From Bacteroidaceae bacterium (GTDB lineage Bacteria > Bacteroidota > Bacteroidia > Bacteroidales > Bacteroidaceae): 64,000 bases of DNA. Positions 1 through 10,415 of the stretch are shown here, piece after piece (positions within the stretch are counted from its first letter, which is position 1; every line of letters begins with the position of its first letter). The stretch covers positions 27,974-91,973 of the forward strand of contig JAFUVZ010000050.1 of the NCBI GenBank assembly GCA_017471185.1. The letters run 5' to 3'. A model generated the notes under the pieces. That model had not been told where the DNA came from. It worked only from the letters and a program-made list of their open reading frames with translations, and searched no databases. A program made the translations under genes and the position numbers.

Positions 1-1497
1 TTAAATAAGGAAGTGAACCGTTTGAGCAATGCCTTGATGGCTGACGGACTGAAGAAAGGCGATGTTGTCATGCTTCAGCTGCCTAATTGCCCGGAATTTG
101 CATTCGCTTATGTGACTGCTCACAAGACTCATTCCATTTGCTGTCCCGTGAATTTCCGTCTTAAGCCCGGAGAACTGGCATACAACATTGATGATTCCAA
201 ACCAATGGCTATAATCTATAACGCTGCCAATGAGACTGATGTGTTAGAAGCTTTGGCTATGACCAGTCACAAGCCTAAGAAACTGATTATTGTGGGTGGA
301 TATACACACGGAGAATCCGTAGCGTATAAAGATTATGTAAGCCACTGTTCTGATAAAGAGCCTGCTTTCACATGTGATTACAACATATATGACGAGACCA
401 CTCGTCTATATACATCGGGCACGACCGGACGTCCAAAAGCCGTTCCATTGACCAGCATCAACGAGGTGCTTTCTGCTCATGACGTAATGATTCATTTCCC
501 CATGAGTTACAAGGATGTTACAATGAACACCACTCCGTGGTTCCACCGGGGAGGATTGCATTGTGCCGGACCGGGTCCAGCTTTCTACGCAGGTGCCACC
601 ATTATCGTGATGGGCAAGTTTGACGCTGAGCTTACATTGAAGTATGTTGCGAAGTATAAGATTTCTTTCGTCATCGGTGTACCTACAGTTCTTGAAGAAC
701 TGGCAGACAAGCAGGAACGTAAAGGATATGATATCAGCACTTTGCGGGGTATAGTAACGATGGGAAGCCCATTGGAACGATCTGCCTGCATCCGATACCA
801 GAAAGTGCTTACACCTAATATTTACAATGGTTATGGCACCACAGAGACATTCTGGAATACTTTCCTCCGTCCGTTTGATTTGCCAGAGTATGCCGGAACA
901 GCCGGTGCGTCTTGCATTGATGACGATGTACGAGTCGTGAAGATTTATGATGACCGACGTGCAGAGCCTGACGATTTGGCTGCCTTGGATAATAATGAAG
1001 TAGGTGAAGTGATTATCAGCTCTCCAGCTAAGTCACCATACTCTTATGTTAATAATCCGGCTGAGACAGAAAACAAGTACTACAAAGGTTTCATTTATAC
1101 TCACGACCTCGCCACTTGGGATGGGCATCAGTTTATCACCATCGTGGGCAGGAAGGACGACATGATTATATCTTCCGGCGAGAACATCTATCCAACAGAG
1201 GTTGAAGCTGTGTTGAATCTTCACCCTAAAGTGAAAGACTGCATCGTGACTTCAGTGCCAGATAAGGTTCGCGGACAGATTGTGACGGCCTATGTCGTAC
1301 GTGATGACGAAAGCCTCACTCCGGAGGAACTTGATGCGTTTTGCAAGGAGAGTCCAAGCATCGCTAACTTCAAGCGTCCTCGTTTTTATCGTTTCGTGGC
1401 ACAGATACCTTTTAATGCCACTGGAAAGAAACTGCATGTGCGCATCAAGGAAACTGCCCTTGAAGACTTGAAGAACGGCTTGTTATACAGAGTCTAA
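1..1497 (+). CDS. AMP-binding acyl-CoA synthetase/ligase (5'-truncated by window)
   Basis: Frame open from base 1; YTSGTTGRPK P-loop, YGTTE, GRKDDMIISSGENIYP and terminal TGK motifs. Confidence 0.9.
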   Translation, partial: LNKEVNRLSNALMADGLKKGDVVMLQLPNCPEFAFAYVTAHKTHSICCPVNFRLKPGELAYNIDDSKPMAIIYNAANETDVLEALAMTSHKPKKLIIVGGYTHGESVAYKDYVSHCSDKEPAFTCDYNIYDETTRLYTSGTTGRPKAVPLTSINEVLSAHDVMIHFPMSYKDVTMNTTPWFHRGGLHCAGPGPAFYAGATIIVMGKFDAELTLKYVAKYKISFVIGVPTVLEELADKQERKGYDISTLRGIVTMGSPLERSACIRYQKVLTPNIYNGYGTTETFWNTFLRPFDLPEYAGTAGASCIDDDVRVVKIYDDRRAEPDDLAALDNNEVGEVIISSPAKSPYSYVNNPAETENKYYKGFIYTHDLATWDGHQFITIVGRKDDMIISSGENIYPTEVEAVLNLHPKVKDCIVTSVPDKVRGQIVTAYVVRDDESLTPEELDAFCKESPSIANFKRPRFYRFVAQIPFNATGKKLHVRIKETALEDLKNGLLYRV

Positions 1498-1535
1498 AAA
1501 GCCTATTTATACAATCAATTAAAAAGAAAAGGACT

Positions 1536-2231
1536 ATGAAGAAAGAAAACAGAATTATTGAAGCCGCAATTATTGCATTAGGCCTCGTGGCATTAGGTTA
1601 CTGTCTGAAGGCCGGGATTGATAATTTCGTGAACAAAGACAGGCAGGTAACCGTAAAAGGTCTGTCTGAAAATGAAGTTCCCGCCAATGTAGTGACATGG
1701 CCTTTGAGCTTCTCTCAACTTGGCAACGACCTGCCGTTGCTTTACCAAAGCGTGAACAGAACCAGAGATGTCATTCTGAATTTTATCAAGCAAAACGGAA
1801 TCAGTGAGGATGAGATTACTGTAAACTCCCCTACTGTTTATGACCGTAACAGCAATATGTGGAACGAGAACAAGTCACCTTATCGTTATCAGATGACCTC
1901 AAGCATCACCATCAAGAGTAAGAAGGTGGATGATGTGCGTAAGGCATCAGGCAAGATTGGCGAACTGCTTAACCAAGGCATCGCTATCGACGAGGGGTAC
2001 ATCAATTATGATTTCACTGATTTCCAAGAGATGAAGTTAAAGATGATGCAAGAGGCTATCAAGAATGCAGAACAGGCAGCGTTACAGTTTGCAGAAAACA
2101 GTAACAGCCGTTTGGGTGGCATTATGCAGGCCACACAGGGCACCTTCTCTATCGACGACCGCGACGAGACTACACCTTATATTAAGAAGCTGCGTGTGGT
2201 GACTACAGTTACTTACTCTCTGAAAGACTGA
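1536..2231 (+). CDS. SIMPL (DUF541) domain protein
   Basis: N-terminal TM helix, R-x-V-T-V-K-G-L-S-E, C-terminal QGTFSI...KKLRVVTTVTY. Confidence 0.85.
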   Translation: MKKENRIIEAAIIALGLVALGYCLKAGIDNFVNKDRQVTVKGLSENEVPANVVTWPLSFSQLGNDLPLLYQSVNRTRDVILNFIKQNGISEDEITVNSPTVYDRNSNMWNENKSPYRYQMTSSITIKSKKVDDVRKASGKIGELLNQGIAIDEGYINYDFTDFQEMKLKMMQEAIKNAEQAALQFAENSNSRLGGIMQATQGTFSIDDRDETTPYIKKLRVVTTVTYSLKD

Positions 2232-2253
2232 TTCGGTCAATACATTATAAACG

Positions 2254-2283
2254 AAAATAAGCTGACTTCACAGCCTGCTTATT
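2254..2283. terminator. Hairpin between convergent SIMPL gene and tRNA
   Basis: AATAAGC...GCTTATT stem enclosing CTTCACAG; T-tract on minus strand. Confidence 0.65.
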
Positions 2284-2287
2284 CCCG

Positions 2288-2362
2288 TAGGGACGATCGG
2301 GCTCGAACCGATGACCTTTGCAATGTGACTGCAACGCTCTAAACCATCTGAGCTACGCCCCT
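2288..2362 (-). tRNA. tRNA-Val (anticodon CAC)
   Basis: Minus strand AGGGGCG-TA-GCTC...GAGC-G-TTGCA-GTCACAT-TGCAA-AGGTC-ATCGG-TTCGAGC-CCGAT-CGTCCCT-A folds as a full cloverleaf; CCA not encoded. Confidence 0.93.
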
Positions 2363-2396
2363 ATCATTCACTATTTAAATATACCTAAATGATGTG

Positions 2397-2404
2397 CAAA
2401 TTTA
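2397..2404 (-). promoter_or_regulatory. Bacteroidetes -7 promoter box for tRNA-Val
   Basis: TAAATTTG matches TAnnTTTG, about 35 bp upstream of the tRNA. Confidence 0.6.
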
Positions 2405-2455
2405 CTACATTTTATTATCTTGCCAAAACATTTCGAGATTTTTTTTGCAATAATC

Positions 2456-2830
2456 TCAAATGTCGCTTTTGACAGTCCTGCCAAAAGGAGTCAGGGCAAT
2501 TCCTGCAAATTTAAAATGTTGCACTCCGAAAGGGATACCGATGATAGTGACGCACAGGATAGCTCCAAATAAGAGATGAACAAGACAGATGGGAATGCTG
2601 ACCACTAACCAAAGTATATTCATAATGGTACTCAGGCATCCCGGTTGTCCAGGCAACAACTCCACCTTACTGCCAAAAGGCCATAACATAAATTCCCCCA
2701 GTTTGATAGCTTGCAAGCCAAACGGGATGCCAATGATAGTAATGCACATAATTGTGCCTGCCATAAAATAGCCTAAAGCAGCCTCTAAACCACCGCATAA
2801 AAGCCAAATAATATTACCAATCAGTTTCAT
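2456..2830 (-). CDS. YccF domain inner-membrane protein
   Basis: Duplicated GNIIWLL/NILWL...TIIGIPFG...PFG repeats. Confidence 0.9.
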   Translation of the reverse strand: MKLIGNIIWLLCGGLEAALGYFMAGTIMCITIIGIPFGLQAIKLGEFMLWPFGSKVELLPGQPGCLSTIMNILWLVVSIPICLVHLLFGAILCVTIIGIPFGVQHFKFAGIALTPFGRTVKSDI

Positions 2831-2852
2831 AATTTCTTATCATTATCAAGTT

Positions 2853-2889
2853 AAAAAAGCGGCAACCGTCTTCACAGACCGCTGCCGCT
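2853..2889 (-). terminator. GC-rich hairpin plus U-tract in the yccF leader
   Basis: Minus strand AGCGGCAGCGGTCTGTGAAGACGGTTGCCGCT followed by TTTTT. Confidence 0.7.
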
Positions 2890-3004
2890 GTACATTTTCA
2901 TGCTTTACTATGAATCAACTAAAAGTTAAATTAACCGCAACTAATTTAGTGGATATTCTTTAAACCACCAAATAAATCGGCAAATAATTTTATACTTTTT
3001 TGTT

Positions 3005-4171
3005 TTAGCATACTTTTACTAAAGCAGCGAGTCTCTTACACTTGTCACGAAGTTGATTAAGATCACTGCCTAATGGAGCGGAAGCCAGCATCACGCCCAT
3101 TCTTCTGTGGAGCCTTGCCATCGGCTTACCGAATATCCTCAGGTCAGTGTCATCCTCTTTCAAAGCATCCTCCAGACCGGTGTATTCTGGCTGTGACTGT
3201 TTCACAATATCCGACAGAATGACGGCACTTGCACCACAGCGTAACTGCTTGATGGCAGGAATCGGCAGCCCCAATACGGCACGGGCATGAAGCTCGAACT
3301 CACTGAAGTTCTGGCAACCGCTCAAGGTAACCATACCTGTGTCATGAGGACGAGGTGAAAGCTCTGAGAAATAAACGCCCTCTTCATTACTGATAAAGAA
3401 TTCCACTCCCCAGATGCCGGCTCCAGTCAATGCTTCCGTCACCTTAGCAGCCATTTCCTGAGCTGTTTTCAGATGTTCCGGTTTCATAGGCATTGGCTGG
3501 AAACTTTCACGATAGTCACCGCTTATCTGCACATGACCGATAGGAGCACAGAACAAAGTCGGTGCGTTCTTTTGAGTAACGGTGAGCAAAGTAATCTCAT
3601 AGTCAAAATGGATGAACTGCTCTACAATCACTTCCTTGATGTCACCACGGGCTCCTTCGCTTGCCTCTTTCCACGCTTGCTCCAAGTCTTCTGCCTTCTT
3701 GACCACAGACTGACCATGACCGGAAGAAGACATCAAAGGCTTAATCACGCAAGGGAAACCGATAACAGCAGTAGCTTCTTTCAGTTCTTCCAGATTCTTG
3801 GCATATCGATAGTTTGCTGTCTTTACCCCCAGCTCCTTTGCCGCCAGGTCACGAATGGCCTTACGGTTCATTGTATAGTTGACAGCACGGGCACTTGGCA
3901 CCACCTGTATGCCTTGCTTCTCAAAACCAAAGAGCCGTTCTGTGCGAATGGCCTCTATCTCAGGTACAATGATGTCTGGCTGATGTTTCTCTACCACCTT
4001 TTGCAAGGCATCTCCATCCAACATACTGAATACCTCGAACTCGTCGGCCACCTGCATGGCAGGAGCACCAGCGTATGCGTCACAAGCAATGACATGCTGT
4101 CCCAGACGCTGCATCGCGATGGTGAACTCCTTACCCAGTTCACCAGAACCTAATAACAATATCTTTTTCAT
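3005..4171 (-). CDS. purT: Formate-dependent phosphoribosylglycinamide formyltransferase
   Basis: [40 protein letters not shown]-grasp motifs. Confidence 0.96.
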   Translation of the reverse strand: MKKILLLGSGELGKEFTIAMQRLGQHVIACDAYAGAPAMQVADEFEVFSMLDGDALQKVVEKHQPDIIVPEIEAIRTERLFGFEKQGIQVVPSARAVNYTMNRKAIRDLAAKELGVKTANYRYAKNLEELKEATAVIGFPCVIKPLMSSSGHGQSVVKKAEDLEQAWKEASEGARGDIKEVIVEQFIHFDYEITLLTVTQKNAPTLFCAPIGHVQISGDYRESFQPMPMKPEHLKTAQEMAAKVTEALTGAGIWGVEFFISNEEGVYFSELSPRPHDTGMVTLSGCQNFSEFELHARAVLGLPIPAIKQLRCGASAVILSDIVKQSQPEYTGLEDALKEDDTDLRIFGKPMARLHRRMGVMLASAPLGSDLNQLRDKCKRLAALVKVC

Positions 4172-5697
4172 TGATGAGCTTCTCTCAATAAATCATTAAC
4201 TACTTTTACAGGGTTGAATGTGGAAACAGGAACCTCTACAAATATGGTGTTCCAGTCGCTCATTGCACCGTTCCACAGGCCAGGCAATTCAAGAGCTTTC
4301 AGCTCCCTGCCATCCTTAGACTTCTGTGAGATGAAGCCGGTTGCCTTGTCCACATACTTAGGCAGGTCGAACTTGTTGCCCTGGAAGTCCTTGATGGCAC
4401 AAACCAGATCCACAGGATTGAAGTGAGTCCCTTTCTCAAACATAGCTTTCTTCTCTGGATCACTCATATCAATCTGAGAACTTTCAAGAATCTGCTCAGA
4501 GATGGTTCCGTCAGGATTGTATGCCAGGAACGGACCGCCACCAGGCTCGCCCAGGTTCTTCACCATACCGCAGACGCGCATCGGACGGTTCAGTTTCATC
4601 TTCAGGTAAACAGCGAGTTCCGAGTCTTCCAGATTCTTGACTTCCGGATTCTTGCAGAACAATTGCTTCTGAACGAACTGCAGGATAGCGAGTACCTGGT
4701 CATGAGAATATTTGCCACTCTCCAACAGCTGAAGATAGTTGAACGCCTGTTGCTGTAAGGTTACCAATACGCCAGCCAGTACCTTCTTATAAATAACGGT
4801 ATCGCCACGCATCTTGTCACTTACCACATTATCAATATTCTTGATGAATACGATGTCCGCATCCAGATCGTTCAGATTCTCAATCAGAGCGCCGTGCCCA
4901 CCCGGACGGAAAAGCAGCTTGCCATCATCCTCACGGAAAGGCTCGTTATTCATGTCAACGGCCACGGTGTCAGTGCTTGGCTTCTGTTCTGAGAATGAGA
5001 TATCAAATTCAACGCCATACTTGTTGGCATAAACGCTGGCCTTTTCATTAGCCTTGGCTTCAAACAGCGCACGATGCTGTGGGGAAACGGTAAAATGAAC
5101 GTTTACCTTGCCAGACTTGTTAGCTGCATAAAGTGCACCTTCCACCAAATGTTCCTCCAATGGAGTACGGTTTCCTTGCTCATAGCTGTGGAACTTCAGC
5201 AAGCCTTTGGGCAGATTTCCATAATTAAGGCCTTCTTCCTTCAGCAGAGCTGCCACCACTTTCTTATAGCAGCCCTCTGCCACCAGTGCATCAATGCCCT
5301 TATCATACAGCTTCTTGCAGGCTGCATCCAAGTCTTCAAAGAAAGCGAACTTGCGGATTTCCGCAAAGAAAGTCTGCTCGTATGGCTTTGTAGGCACGTC
5401 ATAATCGGCATCCAAGAATGCGAACAGATCCTTGAACATACGGCTTGCGGCACCAGAAGCGGGCACAAATTTCACCACTCGCTTGTCACTCATAGAGGCA
5501 GTATAAGTGTCCCATGCCTTGAGGTACACATCCATATTGACGGGTGAAAGCTCCATAATGCCGTTTTCAACAGACGCAGCTGAATACAACTTCAGATATG
5601 GAAACCCATGCTCAAAACATGCCAGTTCTTCTGCCAGCTTTTCTTCGGAAATGCCCTTCTTGGCGAGCAATTCACGATCTTGTTGTGTTAACATCAT
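4168..5697 (-). CDS. DUF4301 family protein
   Basis: [53 protein letters not shown]; ATGA overlap with purT. Confidence 0.88.
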   Translation of the reverse strand: MMLTQQDRELLAKKGISEEKLAEELACFEHGFPYLKLYSAASVENGIMELSPVNMDVYLKAWDTYTASMSDKRVVKFVPASGAASRMFKDLFAFLDADYDVPTKPYEQTFFAEIRKFAFFEDLDAACKKLYDKGIDALVAEGCYKKVVAALLKEEGLNYGNLPKGLLKFHSYEQGNRTPLEEHLVEGALYAANKSGKVNVHFTVSPQHRALFEAKANEKASVYANKYGVEFDISFSEQKPSTDTVAVDMNNEPFREDDGKLLFRPGGHGALIENLNDLDADIVFIKNIDNVVSDKMRGDTVIYKKVLAGVLVTLQQQAFNYLQLLESGKYSHDQVLAILQFVQKQLFCKNPEVKNLEDSELAVYLKMKLNRPMRVCGMVKNLGEPGGGPFLAYNPDGTISEQILESSQIDMSDPEKKAMFEKGTHFNPVDLVCAIKDFQGNKFDLPKYVDKATGFISQKSKDGRELKALELPGLWNGAMSDWNTIFVEVPVSTFNPVKVVNDLLREAHQ

Positions 5698-5880
5698 ATT
5701 GATTAGATTTATTGTTGTTTTTCATAAAAGCAAAAATAAGGATAATTCCGCATATATCATCCACACTTGGCAAAAAAATTCTTCTTAAAGCTGTTTTTTT
5801 TCGTCTTTAAGGCTCTGTCAGTTCTTTGCAATCGATTAAAAGTGTATCTTTGCACCATTATTTATATATTTACATAAACA

Positions 5881-6981
5881 ATGAGACTGCAATTCCTGAT
5901 TTTTCCTTTTATGATGCTGATAGCTGTCGTCTATATCTACTATCGCATCTGGCATATACTACCTTTCAGTTCACTGATCAAATGGTTGGTTACACTTGCT
6001 CTGCTGCTGCCTGTCGGTTTGTTCTTCGGCTATATGTCATCAAGAAGTGACAATGCCTCCCTGTGGGTCAATCAGTTGTTTTCCATCGTCAGTACGTCTT
6101 GGCTCATCATATTGCTTTATCTGCTGATGACATTCCTGATTACAGACATTGCCAGATTGTGTATTCCAGCCATCCGCCCATGGTTCACCAACAGCCTGTA
6201 TGGCACCATCGGAATAGCCGCCTTTATCATTATTACCTTCGTTGGTGGAAACCTCTGGTATCACCATAAGGTCAGGGTACCTCTTGACATCAAGATAGAT
6301 AAGCCTTTGAAGCCTATCAAGGTTGTTGGCATCAGCGACCTTCACCTGGGTTACACAATCGGCAAAAGCGAGGTAGGCAAATGGGTGGATATGATTAATG
6401 CGGAAAATCCTGATGTTGTGCTGATTGCAGGAGATATTGTAGATAGCAACATCGTGCCTGTCGAGCAGGAGAAGATGTATGAGGAACTGAGCCGGCTGAA
6501 TGCCCGGTTTGGCGTTTACGCTTGCCTGGGCAATCATGACTATTTCGCTGATGCAGAGAAGAGCGAGTCCTTTATCCAGAAAGCCGGCATCCGTCTGCTC
6601 AAGGACGAAGCCTTATTGGTGAACGATGAGTTTTATATAGTGGGCCGTGATGACCGCAGCAACGATATCAACCGTAAGTCGGTGTCTGAGCTTGTGAAAG
6701 ACCTTGATTCAAGCAAGCCTATCCTGCTGCTCGACCACCAGCCATACCATCTGGAACGTACGGAAGCAGCCGGCATAGATTTCCAGCTTTCTGGGCATAC
6801 CCATCGCGGACAGGTGTTCCCTATCAGCTGGGTGACGGATGCAATATACGAAAAATCATGGGGATACTTGCAGAAAGGCAAGACTCATATCTATGTGAGT
6901 TCAGGCATCGGATTATGGGGAGGCAAGTTCCGCATCGGAACACAGAGCGAATACCTGGTAATGGAAATGGCTGGTCAATAA
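5881..6981 (+). CDS. Membrane-anchored metallophosphoesterase (YkuE-like)
   Basis: N-terminal TM helices; DLH, GD, GNHD, GHTH motifs; TATCTTTG promoter box at 5845. Confidence 0.92.
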   Translation: MRLQFLIFPFMMLIAVVYIYYRIWHILPFSSLIKWLVTLALLLPVGLFFGYMSSRSDNASLWVNQLFSIVSTSWLIILLYLLMTFLITDIARLCIPAIRPWFTNSLYGTIGIAAFIIITFVGGNLWYHHKVRVPLDIKIDKPLKPIKVVGISDLHLGYTIGKSEVGKWVDMINAENPDVVLIAGDIVDSNIVPVEQEKMYEELSRLNARFGVYACLGNHDYFADAEKSESFIQKAGIRLLKDEALLVNDEFYIVGRDDRSNDINRKSVSELVKDLDSSKPILLLDHQPYHLERTEAAGIDFQLSGHTHRGQVFPISWVTDAIYEKSWGYLQKGKTHIYVSSGIGLWGGKFRIGTQSEYLVMEMAGQ

Positions 6982-6999
6982 GACCAGCCATTCATTTTA

Positions 7000-7203
7000 C
7001 TAATAAGCCGCGAAATACTGCTTGCCGTTTTCCTCTACCATTGAGATACGGTCTTCCCGCGCCAGCCATCCTATAGCATAAGCTAAGTCTGTGGCATGAA
7101 GCTGCGACTTCACAATCATGTCGATAAATGTCATGCGGCTCGCCGCACCTTTTAATATATTCCACACCAATCTGGCGTTCTTTGCAATCTTGTCTGCATT
7201 CAT
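7000..7203 (-). CDS. Small winged-helix protein (DUF2582-like)
   Basis: I-x-x-NA-x-x-VW...L-x-x-AIGWLAREDRI signature. Confidence 0.8.
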   Translation of the reverse strand: MNADKIAKNARLVWNILKGAASRMTFIDMIVKSQLHATDLAYAIGWLAREDRISMVEENGKQYFAAY

Positions 7204-7410
7204 AATCAGTCTCCTTTCGTGTTAATTTAACATCGTGTTTCCTTTATTTTTCTCTAAAGATAATCCTTTTATTCATAACCACCAAATTATATTCCATAAA
7301 AAATGCATAAATTAAGTATTTTCGCTGCGTTTATGCATTTTTAAACACTTTCGTTGGGTAATTTAAACTCTTTTCATTATCTTGCAGTCAATTTTTAAAA
7401 CCTGATTATT

Positions 7411-7803
7411 ATGAAATATATAAATAAGGTGTCTTTCGCTGCATTCCTGATGGCAGGTGTCTTCGCTTTGAGTTCCTGCAGCCCGAAGACCATTCCCGTC
7501 AGACAACTGCGTAGCGTTGCTAACAAGATTGAGCGCAAGGGCGACCGCATGAGCCTGAACGACTGGCAAAAGGCTAAGGACAAGTGGCTGAACGCCAACA
7601 AGCGGATCATTGAGCTTAAAAGGGATTATTCAGTCAAGGAGTTTATTGAGATCGGCAAGCTCAACGCCAGGGCAGCCGCCGCTTTCGGAAAGAGTGTCGT
7701 GGGCAGCGGAGGTGAGATAGTGAAAGGCGTAGGCGACCTCTTCAATGGAACTGAGCTGAACGATCTGTTTGAGAATATTTTCGGTAACGGACAAGAAGAT
7801 TGA
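7411..7803 (+). CDS. Hypothetical lipoprotein
   Basis: Signal peptide ending LSSC lipobox; 4 bp upstream of relA. Confidence 0.7.
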   Translation: MKYINKVSFAAFLMAGVFALSSCSPKTIPVRQLRSVANKIERKGDRMSLNDWQKAKDKWLNANKRIIELKRDYSVKEFIEIGKLNARAAAAFGKSVVGSGGEIVKGVGDLFNGTELNDLFENIFGNGQED

Positions 7804-7807
7804 TTAC

Positions 7808-10027
7808 ATGGCTGAAAAAGATTTCTTTACGCCAGATGAGCGCAAGCTTTTCCTGGCGAACTATCATAAATTACTTCGGCTGACAGGTGATTCTTTCCTG
7901 CCAGCCGATACACGCAAGCTGAAGGAGCAACTAGTGAATTTCATCAAGTCGGACCAGTTGAAGCGTGATATTTTCGGACTCAATCCGCTGCTTAAGAGCC
8001 TGCAGACCGCTATCATCGTGGCCGATGAGATAGGCATGAAACGTGCCTCTATCATGGGTATTATGCTCCATGAGTCTGTGAGTTGCGGAGTCACTACACT
8101 TGACGAAGTGAACCGTATGTTCGGACCTGATGTGGCCGGCATCGTCAGAGGTCTGATCAGGGTACAGGAACTCTATGTGAAGAGTCCTTCCATCGAGTCG
8201 GAGAACTTCAGGAATCTTTTGCTGACCTTCGCTGAAGACATGCGTGTCATCCTGATTATCATAGCCGACCGTGTGAATATCATGCGGCAGATCCGTGATG
8301 CCGAGAACAATGAGGCCCGTCTGCAGGTTGCCAACGAAGCTGCATACTTATACGCTCCCCTCGCCCACAAGCTGGGACTCTACGCCTTGAAGTCTGAGTT
8401 GGAAGACCTGTCGTTGAAATATACCGAGCATGATATCTATTACCATATCAAGGACAAACTCAATGAGACCAAGAAAAGCCGTGACGCTTACATCGCCCGT
8501 TTCATCGAGCCGCTGAAGAAGAACCTGGAGGATGCCGGACTGAAATTCCATATCAAAGGGCGAACTAAGTCCATCCACTCCATCTATCAAAAGATGAAGA
8601 AACAGAAATGCCCGTTTGAAGGCGTTTACGACCTCTTTGCCATCCGAGTTATCCTGGATTCTCCTTTAGAGAAGGAAAAGATGCAGTGCTGGCAGGTGTA
8701 TAGCATCGTAACTGATATGTATCAGCCTAATCCAAAGCGTTTGCGCGACTGGCTTTCAGTTCCCAAGAGCAATGGCTATGAGTCGTTGCATATCACGGTG
8801 ATGGGACCTGAAGGCAAATGGGTGGAGGTTCAGATCCGTACGGAGCGCATGGATGAGATAGCTGAGAGAGGTCTGGCTGCCCACTGGAGATACAAGGGAA
8901 TCAAGGGCGAGACCGGACTTGACGATTGGCTGGCTTCCGTCCGTGAAGCATTGGAGAGCTCTGAAGGCACTGGTTTAGAGGCCATGGATCAATTTAAGAT
9001 GGATCTTTATGAGGATGAAGTATTTGTGTTCACTCCAAAGGGCGACCTGTATAAGTTGCCGAAGGGAGCCACTGTGCTCGACTTCGCTTTCATGATTCAC
9101 ACGAAACTGGGAAGTACCTGTACAGGTGGTAAGGTGAACGGCAAGAATGTGCCTATCCGTCAGGTTCTGAAGAGTGGTGACCAGGTAGAGATCATGACCT
9201 CTGCTTCGCAAACGCCCAAGCAGGGCTGGCTCAAGATTGTGGTAACCTCAAAGGCACGCACGAAGATCAAGCAGGCGTTGAAGGAGACCGAGGCCAAGCA
9301 GAGCGCTTTCGCCAAAGAAGAACTGGAACGCAAATTGAAGAATAGAAAGATTGAGTTTGATGAATCTGCCATGATGCGTGTCATTAAGCGAATGGGTTAC
9401 AAGATTATCACAGACTTCTATCAGAACATTGCCAATGGAACCCTTGACATCAATGCCATCATCGAGGAGTATGAGGATCAACTGAAACGTGAGACAGAGA
9501 CGGTTGAGACACAGACTCGTACGGCTGAAGGCTTCAGTCTCCAGAAGGCTATGGAAAGTGAGGATGACAACACCCGTGAGGATGTTTTGGTCATTGACCA
9601 GGATCTCAAGGGCATCCAGTATCAGCTGGCACAATGCTGCCACCCTATCTACGGTGATGACATCTTTGGATTCGTGAGCATCAAGCGTGGCATCATGATT
9701 CACCGCACCAGCTGTCCCAATGCCCATGATATGCGTGAACGGTATGGCTACCGCATCGTGAAGGCCCGTTGGGCTGGCAAGTCAGTTGGCTCACAATATC
9801 CTATATCATTGATGGTTGTGGGGCATGATGACATTGGTATCGTGACAAATATCACCTCCATTATCAATAAGGAGGATGGCATCAATCTGAGAAGTATAGG
9901 CATTGAAGCGAACGATGGCTTGTTCAGCGGTCAGCTCACGGTGATGGTAAGCGATACCTCTAAGCTCAATGCCCTGATTAAGAAACTCAAGACCGTGAAA
10001 GGTGTTAAGAATGTCAGCAGATTATGA
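7808..10027 (+). CDS. relA: Long RelA/SpoT homolog (synthetase, TGS, ZFD, ACT; degenerate HD)
   Basis: YAPLAHKLG, GRTKS, DLFAIR, GYESLH, EVQIRT, TGS FTPKG, CCHP..GD, ACT; start taken at ATG 7808. Confidence 0.93.
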   Translation: MAEKDFFTPDERKLFLANYHKLLRLTGDSFLPADTRKLKEQLVNFIKSDQLKRDIFGLNPLLKSLQTAIIVADEIGMKRASIMGIMLHESVSCGVTTLDEVNRMFGPDVAGIVRGLIRVQELYVKSPSIESENFRNLLLTFAEDMRVILIIIADRVNIMRQIRDAENNEARLQVANEAAYLYAPLAHKLGLYALKSELEDLSLKYTEHDIYYHIKDKLNETKKSRDAYIARFIEPLKKNLEDAGLKFHIKGRTKSIHSIYQKMKKQKCPFEGVYDLFAIRVILDSPLEKEKMQCWQVYSIVTDMYQPNPKRLRDWLSVPKSNGYESLHITVMGPEGKWVEVQIRTERMDEIAERGLAAHWRYKGIKGETGLDDWLASVREALESSEGTGLEAMDQFKMDLYEDEVFVFTPKGDLYKLPKGATVLDFAFMIHTKLGSTCTGGKVNGKNVPIRQVLKSGDQVEIMTSASQTPKQGWLKIVVTSKARTKIKQALKETEAKQSAFAKEELERKLKNRKIEFDESAMMRVIKRMGYKIITDFYQNIANGTLDINAIIEEYEDQLKRETETVETQTRTAEGFSLQKAMESEDDNTREDVLVIDQDLKGIQYQLAQCCHPIYGDDIFGFVSIKRGIMIHRTSCPNAHDMRERYGYRIVKARWAGKSVGSQYPISLMVVGHDDIGIVTNITSIINKEDGINLRSIGIEANDGLFSGQLTVMVSDTSKLNALIKKLKTVKGVKNVSRL

Positions 10028-10386
10028 GTTACGATTTTAAGAAACAAATGAAGAGCTTTACTTTCGCATGGAAAGGCATCATGACCTGCGCAGGTCATGA
10101 ACAGAACATCACTTTCCACCTCATAGCTGCCATCTTGGTCGTGGCAGCCGGCTTCTTCCTCGACATCTCTCATACCGAATGGATGGTAGTGATAATCTGT
10201 GTCGGTATGGTGATTGCCGCCGAATTGTTTAATTCCGCCATTGAGAGACTGGTAGATCTGGTTTCTCCTGATTGGAATAAGATTGCCGGTGAGGTGAAAG
10301 ACATCGCTGCTGGTGCCGTATTGGTTACCGCCATTGCGGCAGCCATAGTGGGTCTGATAGTCTTCGTGCCCTATTTATTTAGGTAA
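10024..10386 (+). CDS. dgkA: Diacylglycerol/undecaprenol kinase
   Basis: ELFNSAIERLVD, KDIAAGAV; ATGA overlap with relA. Confidence 0.92.
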   Translation: MSYDFKKQMKSFTFAWKGIMTCAGHEQNITFHLIAAILVVAAGFFLDISHTEWMVVIICVGMVIAAELFNSAIERLVDLVSPDWNKIAGEVKDIAAGAVLVTAIAAAIVGLIVFVPYLFR

Positions 10387-10415
10387 TGAATAATTTCAAT
10401 GCTCAATGTTCAATA

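Noticed and set aside
2231-2460. tRNA as an integration site
   Set aside because: No integrase and no duplicated tRNA 3' end seen in the window.
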